64,000 nt of DNA, taken from assembly GCF_006345805.1 (NCBI RefSeq), contig NC_043000.1:79236001-79300000 (forward strand). Reading direction: 5' to 3'. This DNA comes from Octopus sinensis. Its lineage: Eukaryota. This document shows positions 23,475 through 36,297 of the stretch, one piece after another; positions within the stretch are counted from its first letter, which is position 1; each line of letters opens with the position of its first letter. The translations under genes and the position numbers were made by a program. Below the pieces are notes generated by a model. The model did no database searches. It saw nothing but the letters and a program-made list of their open reading frames with translations, and was not told the DNA's origin.

Positions 23475-24053
23475 ATATAAAAGTAAATAAATGGCACAAC
23501 GAAGCACCGATATTTACTGGTAAATAGCGAACTTAATAAATACGACGCTAATGTATAGCTTCACTGCGTATGTACTAGTAAAGATGCGTGTGTGCAACAA
23601 ACATGAAAAAAAAATTGTCTTACCTCTAGGAAGAACATCTGAAAAATAAAAAACCTAGAAACGGATAATGCAGTACCGGTTTCAGACTCTTCGAAATACG
23701 TTTGCCAACGTATATTTGATTTGTCTTCATCAGCTGCATATACCTCGACAACATTTCAAATGTTGCCACATCTATGCCAGTACACTCGTCTGAACACCAA
23801 AACGTTAACAGAACGAGAACAGTGAAGAAGTTAAATGAAAATAGTAATGCAATACGAGAGTATTGCTTTCCAGTAAAGGATATCCCGTGAGGGTAAAATT
23901 ATACATATAAAAGTAAATAAATGGCACAACGAAGCACCAATATTTACTGGAAAATAACAAATGTAATAAATACGACGCTAATGTATAGCTTCACTGCGTA
24001 TGTACTAGTAAAGATGCGTGTGTGCAACAAACATGAAAAAAAAATTGTCTTAC
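23475..24053 (-). repeat. Partial tandem repeat, 430-bp period (about 148-bp direct repeats), containing a hammerhead
   Basis: 23475-23623 repeated at 23905-24053; hammerhead lies between the copies. Confidence 0.9.
23668..23739 (-). ncRNA. Complete minimal type I hammerhead ribozyme (GUA; predicted cut 23674/23673)
   Basis: AUGCAG CUGAUGA AGAC [..aaauauacguu ggca aacguauuu..] GUCU GAAAC CG GUA CUGCAU: 6-bp stem I, A-U-closed stem II, palindromic ACCGGU stem III. Confidence 0.8.
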
Positions 24054-24067
24054 TGTATAAATACATA

Positions 24068-24805
24068 TATCATCATCATCGTTTAATGTCCACTTTCCAT
24101 GTTAGCATGGCTTAGACGATTTCATTGAGGACTGGCGAACCAGATGGCTGTACCAGGCTCCAATCTGATCTGGCAGAGTTTCTACAGCTGGATGCCCTTC
24201 CTATCGCCAACCACTCCAAGAGTGTAGTGAGTGCTTTTACGTGCTACAGGCATGAGGGCCAGTCAGGCAGTACTGGCAACGACCATGCTCAAGTGGTGTT
24301 TTTTATGTGCCACTTGCACAGGAGCCAGTCCAGCAACACTGGCAATTATCTCACTTGAATGTTTTTCACGTGCAACCAACACAAGTGCTAGTAAGGTGAT
24401 GCTGGTAACGATCACATTTGAATGGTGCTTTTTACATGCCACCAACATGGAAGCCAGTTGGCTGCTCTGGCAGCTATAATGCTCAGATGGTGCTCTTAGC
24501 GCTCCACTGTCACAGGTGCCAGTCATCAAATTTGCAAATTTGATTTGATTTTGATTTCACTTGCCTCAACAGGTCTTCGCAAGCAGAGTTTAGTGTCCAA
24601 TGAAGGAAAGGTACACATAAGCGGGCTGGTTACAACCCTGGCATGGGCCACGGCTTATGGTCTCACTTGGCTTGCCAGGTCCTCTCACACACTGTATATT
24701 TCCAAAGGTCTCAGTCGCTAGTTATTGCCTCGGTGAGGCCTAATGTTCGAAGGTCTTGCTTCACCACCTCATACCAGGTCTTCCTAGGTCTACCTCTTCC
24801 ACAGG
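24068..24805 (-). mobile_element. 5'-truncated RTE LINE
   Basis: (CAT)n at 24068, reverse tail block, 3'UTR units, GRPRKTWYEVVKQD on minus. Confidence 0.88.
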
Positions 24806-24811
24806 TTTTTT

Positions 24812-25125
24812 TCTCTCAATTAGTTTCTTTAGCCAAACTGTTAACTTATGGGGACATAAACACACCAACACCAGTTGTCAAGCAGTGATGGCAAACACAG
24901 ACACAAAGACACACACATGCTTGCACACACACGCACACACACACACGCACACACACACTCACACACACACATATGACAGGCTTCTTTCAGTTTCCATCTA
25001 CTAAATTTACTCACAAGGCTTTCACCAGCCCTAGGCTATAGTAGAAAACATTGCCTAAGGGTGCCATGCAGTGGGACTGAACCTAGAATCATGTGATTGG
25101 GAAGCAAATTCTTGTCATACAACTG
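24812..25125 (-). mobile_element. SINE family A (diverged)
   Basis: gggactgaacc (reverse B-box) and ctttcagtttcc blocks. Confidence 0.75.
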
Positions 25126-25560
25126 CATATTTGTGTGCATACACACACATATATAAAATGTAGGTACAGGGTCTTAAATTTTAGCAAGAGAAAGTTAGAT
25201 GGTTAAGTGAGTGTCATTATTTCACTAGTACCCCAGAGGGATGAAAGATTAAGTTGATCTTTGCTGGATTTGAAATCAAAATGTAAAAAGATAGAACTAC
25301 AGAAGGCTGTTGGGCAAATGCTCAAACATTTCTGCCAATCTGTCAACAATTTGTTTTTGGTCATAACATTTTTTTCAAAGATATCTTTTTAGAATAAAAC
25401 TTAATAAAACAGAATAGAGAACAGAATACAATAGAAAGAGAATAGATTGGAATAGAAAATAATATAGAAGAATAGAACAGAATAGAGTTTACTTGCATCT
25501 CAATAACACCAACAACAACAATATTATCATCTTTTTGTGGATATGCCCTATATTACTCAC

Positions 25561-25647
25561 CGGGTCTTTAACAAAGAAGACAATCTTCTTTACTTGAATG
25601 ATGATATGGAGATCACTAAGTTTCTCTTTCCAGTATTCATACTGAAC
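25561..25647 (-). CDS. Host metalloprotease exon E7 (87 bp, phase 0-0): VQYEYWKEKLSDLHIIIQVKKIVFFVKDP
   Basis: ttcttttcttatactctgcaaag acceptor, CCG|gtgagt donor; matches the V..Y......I.I.VV.L..L segment of ADAMTS-type catalytic domains. Confidence 0.9.
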
Positions 25648-26272
25648 CTTTGCAGAGTATAAGAAAAGAAAAAAGAACGAAGTCAATTATTAGTGGCACA
25701 TTACCAGCATTTTGTTTCAATGTTGTATTGTACTATGGAATATATCTATAGGTTTTAATCAACACTGCATCTAGTGACAGATGTAGTTGACACCTCTTTA
25801 CATACAATATCTTTCTGAATAAAAAAAAAATGAATGATCAACTAGACTAGTTTCATTCTTGTGTTTGGATTTCATCAGCAAGTGAATACCTTTTTGGTCC
25901 ATGAACATATTGGTTATAACACCATTATTACTAAGTGTTTATTATATCTATTCATAGGATACTATTAAAAACCAAAAGATATACCCTGTAACGCAGTATA
26001 ACTGCATCTTTTATCTTTTACTTGTTTGTCATTAGGCTGTGACTATGCTGGGGCACCACCTTGGGGAACTTTTAGTTGAATGAATCAACTCCAGTACTTA
26101 TTTTTTTATTGGTCACTTTTACCGAACTGCTAAATTACAGGGACATAAACACACCAACATTGATTGTCAAGCAGTGGTGGTGGGGCTAGCCACTCAACCT
26201 TTTTCTATTTTCTCTCCCTGTTTATTTCTGTGTTCCTTTCTATCTATTTTTTTTTTGTAAATTCTCACAATA

Positions 26273-26325
<53 letters not shown>

Positions 26326-26479
26326 TCACTATATATATAATTCCCACTATATATATAACTACTTCTAGGTATCCCCCCTGGCATTTGATAGGGTCTATTT
26401 TCTGTACATTTCTAGTTTTTTGTACCTGTATGTCTGCCACACATGATGACTCTTTTCCTTGTTAACCTTCCTCTGTTGT

Positions 26480-26585
26480 TACTATACTTTCATATACATA
26501 CATACATACATACATACATACATACACATGCACACACACACTCATACATGTGTGTGTGTGTGTGTGTAAATACATACATACATAT

Positions 26586-26649
<64 letters not shown>

Positions 26650-26715
26650 GTATATGTATATATATACATATATATATTTATATAAATATATGTATATATA
26701 CACACACACACACAC
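26480..26715. repeat. (TACA)n/(TG)n/(TA)n microsatellite
   Basis: Direct inspection. Confidence 0.95.
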
Positions 26716-27585
26716 TCAAGACATCATAATAGAAGAATAGAGAATTATACATCTTAAATTTTCTTCATTAAAGCATTATTCTCATTAAATTCTAATCTGG
26801 CACCTGTTTCTGCTTGATAGCAGTAATGTACATTTAGTTGATTTAAATTTAAATGAATTGCAGTACATATAAATCCGAGTTAGACATTTCCATGCAGGTT
26901 TCTTCAAGGTTTTACCCATGTGTGTGGGCGAAACAAATTGAAGATTCTAGTCGTAGATAGTCCTTCTTAAAGTATATTCTTGGTGAGGGACCATAAAACC
27001 TCAGGGTACAGGATAGTATCACTTAAACTTATGATATTAAGTGAACAGATTATTTAATACATTTAATAGTATACAGGTTCTTAATTAGATGATCAAGATG
27101 CATTCACACAGTGACTGCTGATAATGAAGATAATATGATACAATATAAGCTAAATGGACAGAAAAATTCCACTCAGACAACTAGGTTTATATACAGTATA
27201 TCTCAACTATCTACTAATGAGGAGTTATTCAAGAATAATGAGAAGTACTGCAATAATGCTCAAACTGAAGCTTGATATAGGCATAAAATATACCATATCC
27301 TTAAAAAGGAAATTAAAGAACATATGAATAAGGTTAATATTATGAATCAAATAGACAGAAGTAATAAAAAATGAACATAAAACAGAAAACCTTGACATGA
27401 ATAATGGGATTTCCAGACATTGTGTTGAACATCCCAATAATACATATAGTTGCATAGTGGGTAATGATATGATTTTAAGTAAAATGAAGAAATAGATTTA
27501 AAAATCAAACAAACAATAGACATTAACTATAAATTAATTATAAAAAAAAAAAAACAATCCAAAAGAAGACAATATTTTTGAGTTG

Positions 27586-27770
27586 CAAGGTGGCAAGTTG
27601 GCAGAAACATTAGCACGCCAGGCAAAATGCTTAGAGGCTTTTTATCTGTCTTTACGTTCTGAGTTCAAATTCCGCTGAGGTCAACTTTGCCTTTCATCTT
27701 TTTGGGGTCGATAAATTAAGTACCAGTTGCATATTGGGGGTCAATCTAATCAACTGGGCCCCCTCCCCAA
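27586..27770 (+). mobile_element. SINE family C (aaggtggcaagttggcagaa head)
   Basis: B-box-like gagttcaaattcc, ggggtcgataaattaagtaccagtt block; older minus copies near 27840-28020 and 63100-63260. Confidence 0.7.
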
Positions 27771-28068
27771 GAGTAGAAAAGAATATTTTTAAGTTGCAAC
27801 TCAGCATCCTAATATAAGACCCAACAAAGACATATTTTGAGGAGTGGCTGTGATCACTAAATTAACTCCAGTACTTAACCAGTATTTATTTTATCAACCC
27901 AAGAAGAATAAAAGATAAGGTCAGCTCTGGTAGAATTTGAACACAGAAATTATAGTGGCATAATCAGTACCACAAAGCATTTACTTGGTACTCTACTAAT
28001 TTTATCAATCCACCAGCTTAGTGTTTTTAATTATTAAAAATATCCATCAATCTAATAGAAATACTTAC

Positions 28069-28253
28069 AGCATTATATTTGATGACCACAAAATCTATCT
28101 TCTGTTGCAAAGACATCAAATGATGTTCCTCTTCCAGAGACTTTGTTAAAACAGAATCTACATAAACAGCAATTTCTATTGTCAAACTTGTCAATCCTTC
28201 TGATCTTTTGAATATTTTCTTGTAACTCTCCCTGTTTTCTGGTGAGATGGGAT
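28069..28253 (-). CDS. Host metalloprotease exon E6 (185 bp, phase 1-0): PISPENRESYKKIFKR/SEGLTSLTIEIAVYVDSVLTKSLEEEHHLMSLQQKIDFVVIKYNA
   Basis: ctgtcctag acceptor, GCT|gtaagt donor, 61 open codons; basic site then LTIEIAVYVD, equivalent to the reprolysin first strand (YVETLVVAD-type). Confidence 0.93.
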
Positions 28254-28389
28254 CTAGGACAGATTAAATCAAATTATTTTATTTTTATTTTTCAATTTAC
28301 TTGAAGCCAGCATGTTCTGTTGGATGTCAAATGTTAGTATGCATGTACATCAAAACGTAAATGTTTTGAGAGAGAAATTAGGTAAAAGA

Positions 28390-28620
28390 GGCATCAGATG
28401 TAGTGTGCTAGAGAGAAGATTGCATTGATATAGTCATGTGATGCATATGGATGAGGACAGCTGCATAATGAAGTACCAATTTCTATACATGGAGGGAAAC
28501 TGTGGAAGAGGGAAAAAACAGGAAGACATGAGATGAAGTGGCAAGAAATGAGCCACACAGAGATGACAAAGAACTGAGATAACTGGTGATACACTGTGCT
28601 TGAGAAGATCTGCCCAGCAA
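28390..28620 (+). mobile_element. Old RTE RT C-terminal fragment
   Basis: Degenerate homolog of 218-445 (GIRCSVLERRL...HVMHMDEDSCI). Confidence 0.7.
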
Positions 28621-28984
28621 TGTAATATCCAATAATACCCCTCTCTCTCCTACAACCCACCCATGCTCACTACTGATGTCTCCTCTCCCAATCCTCTCAT
28701 TCTTGCTCATGTGTACACCTACCTGCACACCATATATCTCTGTTAAATCCCTTCCTCCTCCAACTCTAGCTCCCACTCTCCTTCAAAATCTTGTGAACTC
28801 ACCCATCTACCCACCCTCTCCAATCCCTGGTCCACATCTCTATACATACCAACGTCTAACTTAGGTATATGGCCCCTGCTCCCCTTTGTTACATTTTCAC
28901 CATTTTCCACACCCCTCTCTCTCTCTCTTTCCCAACTGAGAAAGCCATGTCTTTCTTCTAATGCAAGACACCTTTCTATCACTC

Positions 28985-29211
28985 AATACTATTCCCCCCA
29001 GTAGAATGGTGTCTTGTCCTGCAAGTTTCTTGATGACCTCACTGCTATTGATGACATGGAAAAAGTACCCAGTACACTCTGTAAAGTGGTTGGCATTAGG
29101 AAGAGCATAGAATCCATGCCAAAGTAGATACCAGAGCTTGGTGATGTCTTCTGATTTTCCTCTGTTCCTGTCAAACTGTCCATCCCATGGCAACATGGAA
29201 AATGGAAGTTA

Positions 29212-29213
<2 letters not shown>
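28985..29213 (-). mobile_element. RTE-type 3' tail fragment
   Basis: gtggttggcattaggaagagcatag block related to the RTE tail; orientation uncertain. Confidence 0.5.
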
Positions 29214-29261
<48 letters not shown>

Positions 29262-30481
29262 GGCCTGATCCAATTTGAACTAGCTTACAAAACAACCACA
29301 ATTGGACTGGCCAAATATCTCGAAATATCGAATGACTGGATGCTAAAGCTCGTGGAAAATCACGAGAGACGAAAGAAGCTTCATTCTATCATAAAGGAAA
29401 GCAAAAAATTTGCTATTGATCTCGTGCAGGATACCCAAACTGAACAACCCGAGGGAAGTACGGCAACTATTGTTGCAAAGAAAGTGAAAATGATGGCAAC
29501 GAAAAAAGCGCACAAGCAATTGGCTGATAGGTGGGAGGAGAAACCTCTGCACGGCAAATATGTGACCCGCAGCAAACAAGCTGATGTTGACCAGAAGCAA
29601 ACCCATCAGTGGCTACGGAGCTCAGGGCTAAAAGCAGAGAGCGAAGGTTTCATCCTGGCTGCTCAAGATCAAAGCCTATTAACCCAGAACTACCAGGCCA
29701 ATGTGATGAAAAATGGAGCAGACCCAAAATGCCGATTCTGCAACGACATGATTGAAACAGTGGACCATCTAATCTCTGGATGTAAGGTCTTAGCACCAGT
29801 GGAGTATAAATTAAGACATGACAGAGTTGGCCAATATCTACACTGGCTAATAAGTTGGCATTACAATATCAAAACTGCCGACAAGTGGTATAATCACCAC
29901 CCTGAGGCTGTAACTGAAGGAGAAAATGTAACCATTCTGTGGGACTTTCCAGTACATACAGACCGAACCATCAAGGCCAATAAACCAGATATTGTTGTGA
30001 AAGACCAAAACAATAAAGTTTGCTTATTGATCGACATGAGCATCCCCTGTGATCATAATATCTCAGCGAAAGAGTTTGACAAGCTCAGAAAATATAAAGA
30101 CCTACTCATTGAAATTGAGAAAATGTGGCATCTCAAGGCGGTTACAATACCAGTGATCGTAGGAGCACTAGGAATGATCAAGAAGGGAACCGAAAATTAT
30201 ATGAGAATGATCCCTGGCTTACCATCCCTGCAAGAAGTGCAAAAGATTGTCTTAACTGGTACATCACACGTATTGAGAAGAGCATTGTCGATGTGAGAAC
30301 TGTTGCTGCTCATGTATTTTAATTTAAATTTAAAAAAAATTTTTTTTTAAATAAAAAAAATGAACGAACTATTGAGTTTGGTTTAATGGCCTACCAATGT
30401 ATACTATGAGTTTCTTTGCCCTAGGAGTCGGGAAGACACTCGGCAAGAAATGGAAGCAAATTTGAAAGAAGAAAAAAAAAA

Positions 30482-30482
<1 letters not shown>
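29262..30482 (+). mobile_element. 5'-truncated R4-clade (Dong-like) LINE in an (AAT)n tract
   Basis: Intact ORF 29340-30296: RT C-terminus, CRFC..ETVDHLISGC zinc knuckle, PDIVVKD..LLIDMSIP..K..KY REL nuclease; (AAT)n on both sides. Confidence 0.93.
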
Positions 30483-30516
<34 letters not shown>

Positions 30517-30518
<2 letters not shown>

Positions 30519-31500
30519 AATTATTGTATACAGTGCTAAGGTGCACCACAACTTGTCAGAAAGTGCGTATAAAGTGTATGCAGTAATGTACAAATGTCTG
30601 GAAAGCGAACAATGTATGAGTCAGATACATGCTTGTGTGTGCATGGAGGGGAGGAAATCAGGTGTAGTGTTGGCGAATCTCAGAAAGCATGGAAGTTTTG
30701 AAGGATGCAGTGCTCCGACAACTAACAACCGATGCCGGCAGTTTGTTCCATGCTTCAGCAACTCTCAGCGTGAAAAAATGTTTCCTAAAGTCATGGGAGC
30801 TGTGCTGTTTCCTGACTTTGTAAATATGTCCATGGGTGTTAGACGGGTGGAGTTTGAAAAGGTGCCCAGAGTTATTGTTTGTAAGATGGTTGATAATTTT
30901 ATGGGTGTCTGCCAAGTCAGCTGCCAGACGTCGGAGTTTCAATGGGTCCATGCCCAGGGAAGTAAGGCGTTCAGAATATGGCAAATGCCTGATGGAGGGT
31001 ATTCTTTTGGTTGCACGTCGCTGAACAGCTTCCAGACGATTGATATCCTTGGCAAGATAGAGGTGCCAGACCGGTGATGCAAATTCCAGGTGAGGTCTTA
31101 CCATAGCTATATAAAGCCACAGATAGATAGTCGGAGAGCGACTCACAAAGGATTTGGTGTGTGATACCAAGATACCAAGATACCCTCAGCCTTCTTGACA
31201 ATTTTAGCGATGTGTTTTGTCCAACACAAATCACTGTCGACAATAACACCCAGGTCACGTTCACACAAAGACTTTTTGAGATTAGTGTTGTGGAGGGAAT
31301 AGGTGGACGCTGGGTTTCTCCTCCCAAAATGCATGGTGGTACATTTGTCCACAGCCAGCTTGAGTTGCTAGTCCATGATCAACTGCTGCATTGTGTCCAG
31401 GTCTGCTTGCAATAGAGATCTATAATGTACAGGATCTGACCTCTTTATTTTGAGGTACAGCTTGATGTCATCTGCATATTTCAGCACTGTGGCATTTGAT
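30517..31500 (-). mobile_element. 5'-truncated CR1-clade LINE
   Basis: KYADDIKLY, RDLGVIVDSDL, VRPHLEFASPVW..DINRLEAVQRRATK, FFTLRVAEAWNKLP. Confidence 0.93.
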
Positions 31501-31949
31501 AATAATGATGATGATTTTTAACTATCTATTAAATCTAATTAGATAATACATTTATCATTAGGTTATGGCATGACTGAAGAATTTAAAGTATGGTGAAACA
31601 AAATCATTTTCAATAGAATAGCTTTTCGTTATATACTAAGGTTTCAATTTAAAGACATTTCTCACACCCAAATCATTCAGAAATTGTCATTAAGCTAGGA
31701 TTGCTCTCATAGTATAATGTAATACATACTACATCATTATCTCCCTTCAATCTTTTACTTGTTTCAGTCATTAGACTGCAACCATATTGGGGCTAGGGCA
31801 CCGCCTTGAAGAATTTTCAGTCGAATGTATCAACCCCAGATCTTATTTTTTAAATGCCTGGACTGAATCCAGAGCCATGTGGTTGAGAAGCAAACTCCTT
31901 GGCACACAGCCACACATGTATATATCATATTTATATACATATATATATA

Positions 31950-32260
31950 TATCACGTGATCACTGTGACCGACCAGACCATCAGATGTTGCTACACATCG
32001 CTGGTCATAATGCGTTTGCATTGTTTTAGCCTTCAAATGACACCACCCCACTGGCTAAGCAAGCAGGCCAACAGAAGAAAGAGTGCGAGAAAGTTGTGGT
32101 GAAAGAGTACAGCAGGGATCACCACCCCCTGCCGGAGCCTCGTGGAGCTTTTAGGTGTTTTCACTCAATAAACACTCACAACACCCGGTCTGAGAATCGA
32201 AACCGTGATCCTACGACTTTGAGTTCGCTGCCCTAACCACTAGGCCATTGCACCTCCACA
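31950..32260 (-). mobile_element. SINE family B
   Basis: Reverse complement of 6003-6275. Confidence 0.9.
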
Positions 32261-32308
32261 TATATATATTAAGATTAAAAAATAAATAACACTGATGCAA
32301 AGTAACAC

Positions 32309-32345
<37 letters not shown>

Positions 32346-32407
32346 TATTTATTACGTTTATATATTTGTTGTGCAAGATTTTTTATGTGAAATCATATGT
32401 TGAAACA

Positions 32408-32793
32408 GATATTGTTGTATTTCGGAATGGTCGTTTTGCCAGTTTAGCCAATAAAAACACACGCACTATATATTTGGTGTTACTTTGCTTCAGTGTTATT
32501 TATTTTTTACATTAAACTTAATCTTATTTCAGCCAGAGTTCTTTTGTCAAACTCCTGTGACCGCATCAGTGGTCCTTTGCTTTCTTCTTTCTTATTTGTG
32601 TCTCTCCTTACTAACCGTCAGCCATTTTGTATTTCTATTGTATGTGTCTTCATTTATGCATGCTTATATCTTTATGTGCGTCTATGTTTAGTAAATAACT
32701 ATATACATTTAAAAAGAAATTTTTTTTTATCATTATTACTATTATTACTAGTATTGTTGTTATACATACATACATACATACATCCAAGTATAC

Positions 32794-32851
<58 letters not shown>

Positions 32852-33250
32852 GTGGATGTAAACACATGAACAAAATAAGAATAAACAAAAACAAATTACA
32901 TGAACGTATATAAACAGAAGATACAAATATTACAGGCATTCCCACCCCCACACACACACACTAACTAAACATAGACGCACATAGAGATATACGCATGCGC
33001 AAATGGAAACACATACAATAGAAATACAAAATGGCTGACGGTTAGTAAGGAGAGACACACAAATAAGAAAGAAGAAGGCAAAGGACCACTGATGCGGTCA
33101 CAGGAGTGTGACAAAAGAACTCTGGCCGAAATAAGATTAAGTTTAATGTAAAAAATAAATAACACTGAAGCAAAGTAACACCAAATATATAGTGCATGTG
33201 TTTTCATTGGCTAAACTGGCAAAATGACCATTCCGAAATACAACAATATC
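32408..33250. repeat. About 285-bp inverted repeat (32408-32692 / 32964-33250) around a spacer with an (AAT)n tract; probable PLE pseudo-LTR family
   Basis: Arms mirror each other at high identity; the same sequence follows the Dong copy at 50720-51150. Confidence 0.9.
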
Positions 33251-33271
33251 ATATTTATTATATATATATAT

Positions 33272-33605
33272 CTGAGACCCCTTCGGTCATGACACAGACC
33301 ATGGGATTGCACCTAGAAAGTTACCCTCCCAGGCACAAATCTAGGCAATGTTGTTTATGGAAGACCAGCAGTTGCCCATGCATACTGGCCTCCCTTCTCC
33401 ACTCCACAAGTGTTATCTAAGGGAAAACAAGGGCCAATACAGCTTGGCACCTGTGACATTGCAACTCATTTCTACAGCTGAGTGAACTGGAGCAACATGA
33501 AAGAAAGTGTCTTGCTCAAGAACACAACACACAGCCCAGTCCGGGATTCAAGCTCACAACCTCACGATTGTAAGCTCGCCACTTTAGCCACTGAGCCATG
33601 CACCT
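33272..33605 (-). mobile_element. tRNA-type SINE, family D
   Basis: On minus: ggtgcatggctcagtgg A-box, gtgagcttgaatcc B-box, ttgagcaagacact block; second copy 45625-45905. Confidence 0.85.
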
Positions 33606-33701
33606 TCATGTATATATTATCTGAAATGGGTATACCCACTCTACTGACAGATGTATGGGTGCATTTTTTCCTTGATTTATGGTCTCTTAGATGACTCACG
33701 C

Positions 33702-33756
<55 letters not shown>

Positions 33757-33759
<3 letters not shown>

Positions 33760-36290
33760 CAGCATAGCCCGGCGTTGCCCGGGTATGTAAGAGCCCCTAG
33801 TAGGCAATGACTAATCCCAATGTAGTCCTTTCCCTCCAAGGAACGAAGGTGCATGTGGACGTTGCAATGTCTTGTCTTCACTCGAATACTTCTGTATATA
33901 TGATGTTCCTAGCTGTCCCTTTGGGCGAAAACATGAAAACATCATTGCGCCTCCCAATGCGTGAACAGCCCATGTAGAGTTGACCGTGGGCGAAGCACTG
34001 TTCGCCCAAATGTAACCCAGCGACTTGTAGCGTTTGGCCTTGGGATTTATTGATGAACATTGCGAAGCAGAGTTTAACAGGAAACTGAGAACGCCTGAAG
34101 TGGATTGGTAGATCAGCGCCCGACGGTTGAAGGTGCATCCGTGGAATGAAGACGTCCTCTCCCTTCCCTCAACCGGTAAGTATTGTGGCCGTTATTAAAT
34201 GTGGTGCCAAATGTTTCACAACCAAACGTGTGCCGTTGCACTGTTTAGGTGGAATCAAATTCCTGATGAGCATAATGGACGCACCGACTTTTAACTTCAG
34301 GATGTGTGGCGGCAGGCCTGGCGGTTCAAGTGAATTCAGGAATTCAACAGGATAATCGGCAAGCTGGGCGGGGTCTGCTGTCCTATCTATAGATTTGTAG
34401 ACGTGGACATCACCAGGAATAGCTTCAAGTAGCTGGATATTGATGGAGTTGACGGTTGTATTTTTGGGTGCGAGAATAGCTCTGCCTGCCAGCCATTTTA
34501 GGTCGCGTAAATTGTTTTGTAGCTCCATCAGGTCAATACAATATGTCTGCAAATATATCAACAAAGGCAGCGATGCTGCCATGTTCAGCATCCAGAGGAC
34601 CACCAGTCGCGACGAAGTGTCCAACTACTTGGCTGGCCGGTACCTCAGCAGCAACGAAGCATTTTGGCGCATTTACGGCTTCCCGCTCCATCAGAGACAC
34701 CCGGCTGTGGTGCAGCTTGCTGTACACTTGGAAAATGGACAGCAGATTTACTTCACAGAGCAAAGTGCTGTGCAGATAGCCACCAGCCCTAAAGACACAA
34801 CGTTAACTGGTTTCTTCAAATTATGCCAACGTGATGACTTCGCTCGAACGCTTTTGTACCCACAGGTCCCATCGTACTTCGTGTGGTCTAAAAACACCTG
34901 GGTTCGACGGAAATCCGGCAAAAACGTCGAAGGCTTCCCAGGCGTCAAGTTTGACTCCTGCCTGGGTCGAGTTTACAACATCCCGCCAAACCAGCAAGAA
35001 TGCTTCTACTTCCGTCTCCTTCTACATGAGGTCACTGGTCCAACAGGTTTCGGCAATATATGTACCGTCAATGGGGTTCTGTGCGACACCTTCAGGGAAG
35101 CATGTATGAGACTTGGCCTTCTAGAGGATGACTCCCAGTGGGACGCCACGATGGCAGAGGGTGCTTTACTGACGTTTGGGGTGGTAGTTATAAAGAAAGT
35201 GTAAACAAAAAAAGTATTCGAATAACTTGCGGCTGCAGCAGCTATTAGCAGAAGTGGCAGTGTTGGGGGTGAAGTCTCGAATGTAATTTCTTCCTGGTAG
35301 GAATTGGTTGGATCGAATTATCGATAGCTAAAAAGGTCCAGTTGCGTCCCCTAGATAGTCTGGTTTGTGTTTAATACACAAATTGGTTTGCTATGTGTGC
35401 CACATATGATTTAATTAACCGATTTTTTCCAATAATGTATCCTATTGGAATAAAAAGGGCTATATAGCTCCTTGGAGCAGACATGATGCTCACTGTGAAA
35501 AAAGAAAATTCCTGCCAATTTGTGAAAGATATTGTCAAAAATATGTCATCTTGAATTTGAACGCGATTTCCCAAAATGGCATGATTTTATCGATTGTTTC
35601 TGATGGTAAGGTATTGCATGGAAAACTAACGTCAGAATTGAGTTTCTTAGGGTGACATTAAGCTTCCCCATGAGTTTTGTGAAAATCGATTGCAAGTTGC
35701 GAAAACTACCATAGATAATGTGTTGCATATAAAAAGCTTAGATTCTCGACCCCATGCCGAGTTTATCGATTTTGTAGGTTGCAATGTCTTCTCTTCACTC
35801 GAATACTTCTGTGTATACGATGTTCCTAGCTGTCCGTTTGGGCGAAAACATGAAAACATCATTGCGCCTCCCAACGCGTGAACAGCCCACGTAGAGTTGA
35901 CCGTGGGCGAAGCACTGTTCGCCCAACTGTAACCCAGCGACTTGTAGCGTTTGGCCTTGGGATTTATTGATGAACATTGCGAAGCAGAGTTTAACAGGAA
36001 ACTGAGAACGCCTGAAGTGGATTGGTAGGTCAGAGTTAAAAAGGCCGAGTTGCGTCCCCTAGACAGTCTGTGGTTTGTGTTTCTGATTCTCGACCCCATG
36101 TCGAATTTATTAATTTTTTTCAGAATTGGGTGAACTTTTCAAAATTTTCGCTGCGTTAGTTTTGAATTATGACATTGGGCTATGTGTGTGTCAAGTTTCA
36201 TCAGAATCGGTTGAAAGCCGTGGTCAGAGTGAGGGTACAACCAAACAGACACACAGAAACACACACAGACAAACTGCCGTTTATATATAT
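33757..36290 (-). mobile_element. Rearranged non-autonomous Helitron with Rep and PIF1-like helicase fragments
   Basis: 3' hairpin cccgggcaacgccggg near 33767-33782; helicase RAILAPKN, FLNSLEPPGLPPH.LKLKVG, QFPVKLCFAM.INKSQGQTL, HGQLY on minus; Rep KYINKG..EAFWRI..RLLL on plus 34530-35175. Confidence 0.9.
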
Positions 36291-36297
36291 ATATATA

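Noticed and set aside
25706-25815. Candidate exon after a strong acceptor near 25816
   Set aside because: Stops in all three frames before a donor; E6 and E7 already join in phase.
26860-27545. A-rich, coding-looking plus-strand stretch
   Set aside because: Frequent stops and no recognisable motif; left unassigned.
33085-33140. Hammerhead in the 32408-33250 / 50720-51150 family (CTGATGC..GGCCGAAA)
   Set aside because: A9 is replaced by C in all three copies and no stem I pairing was found.
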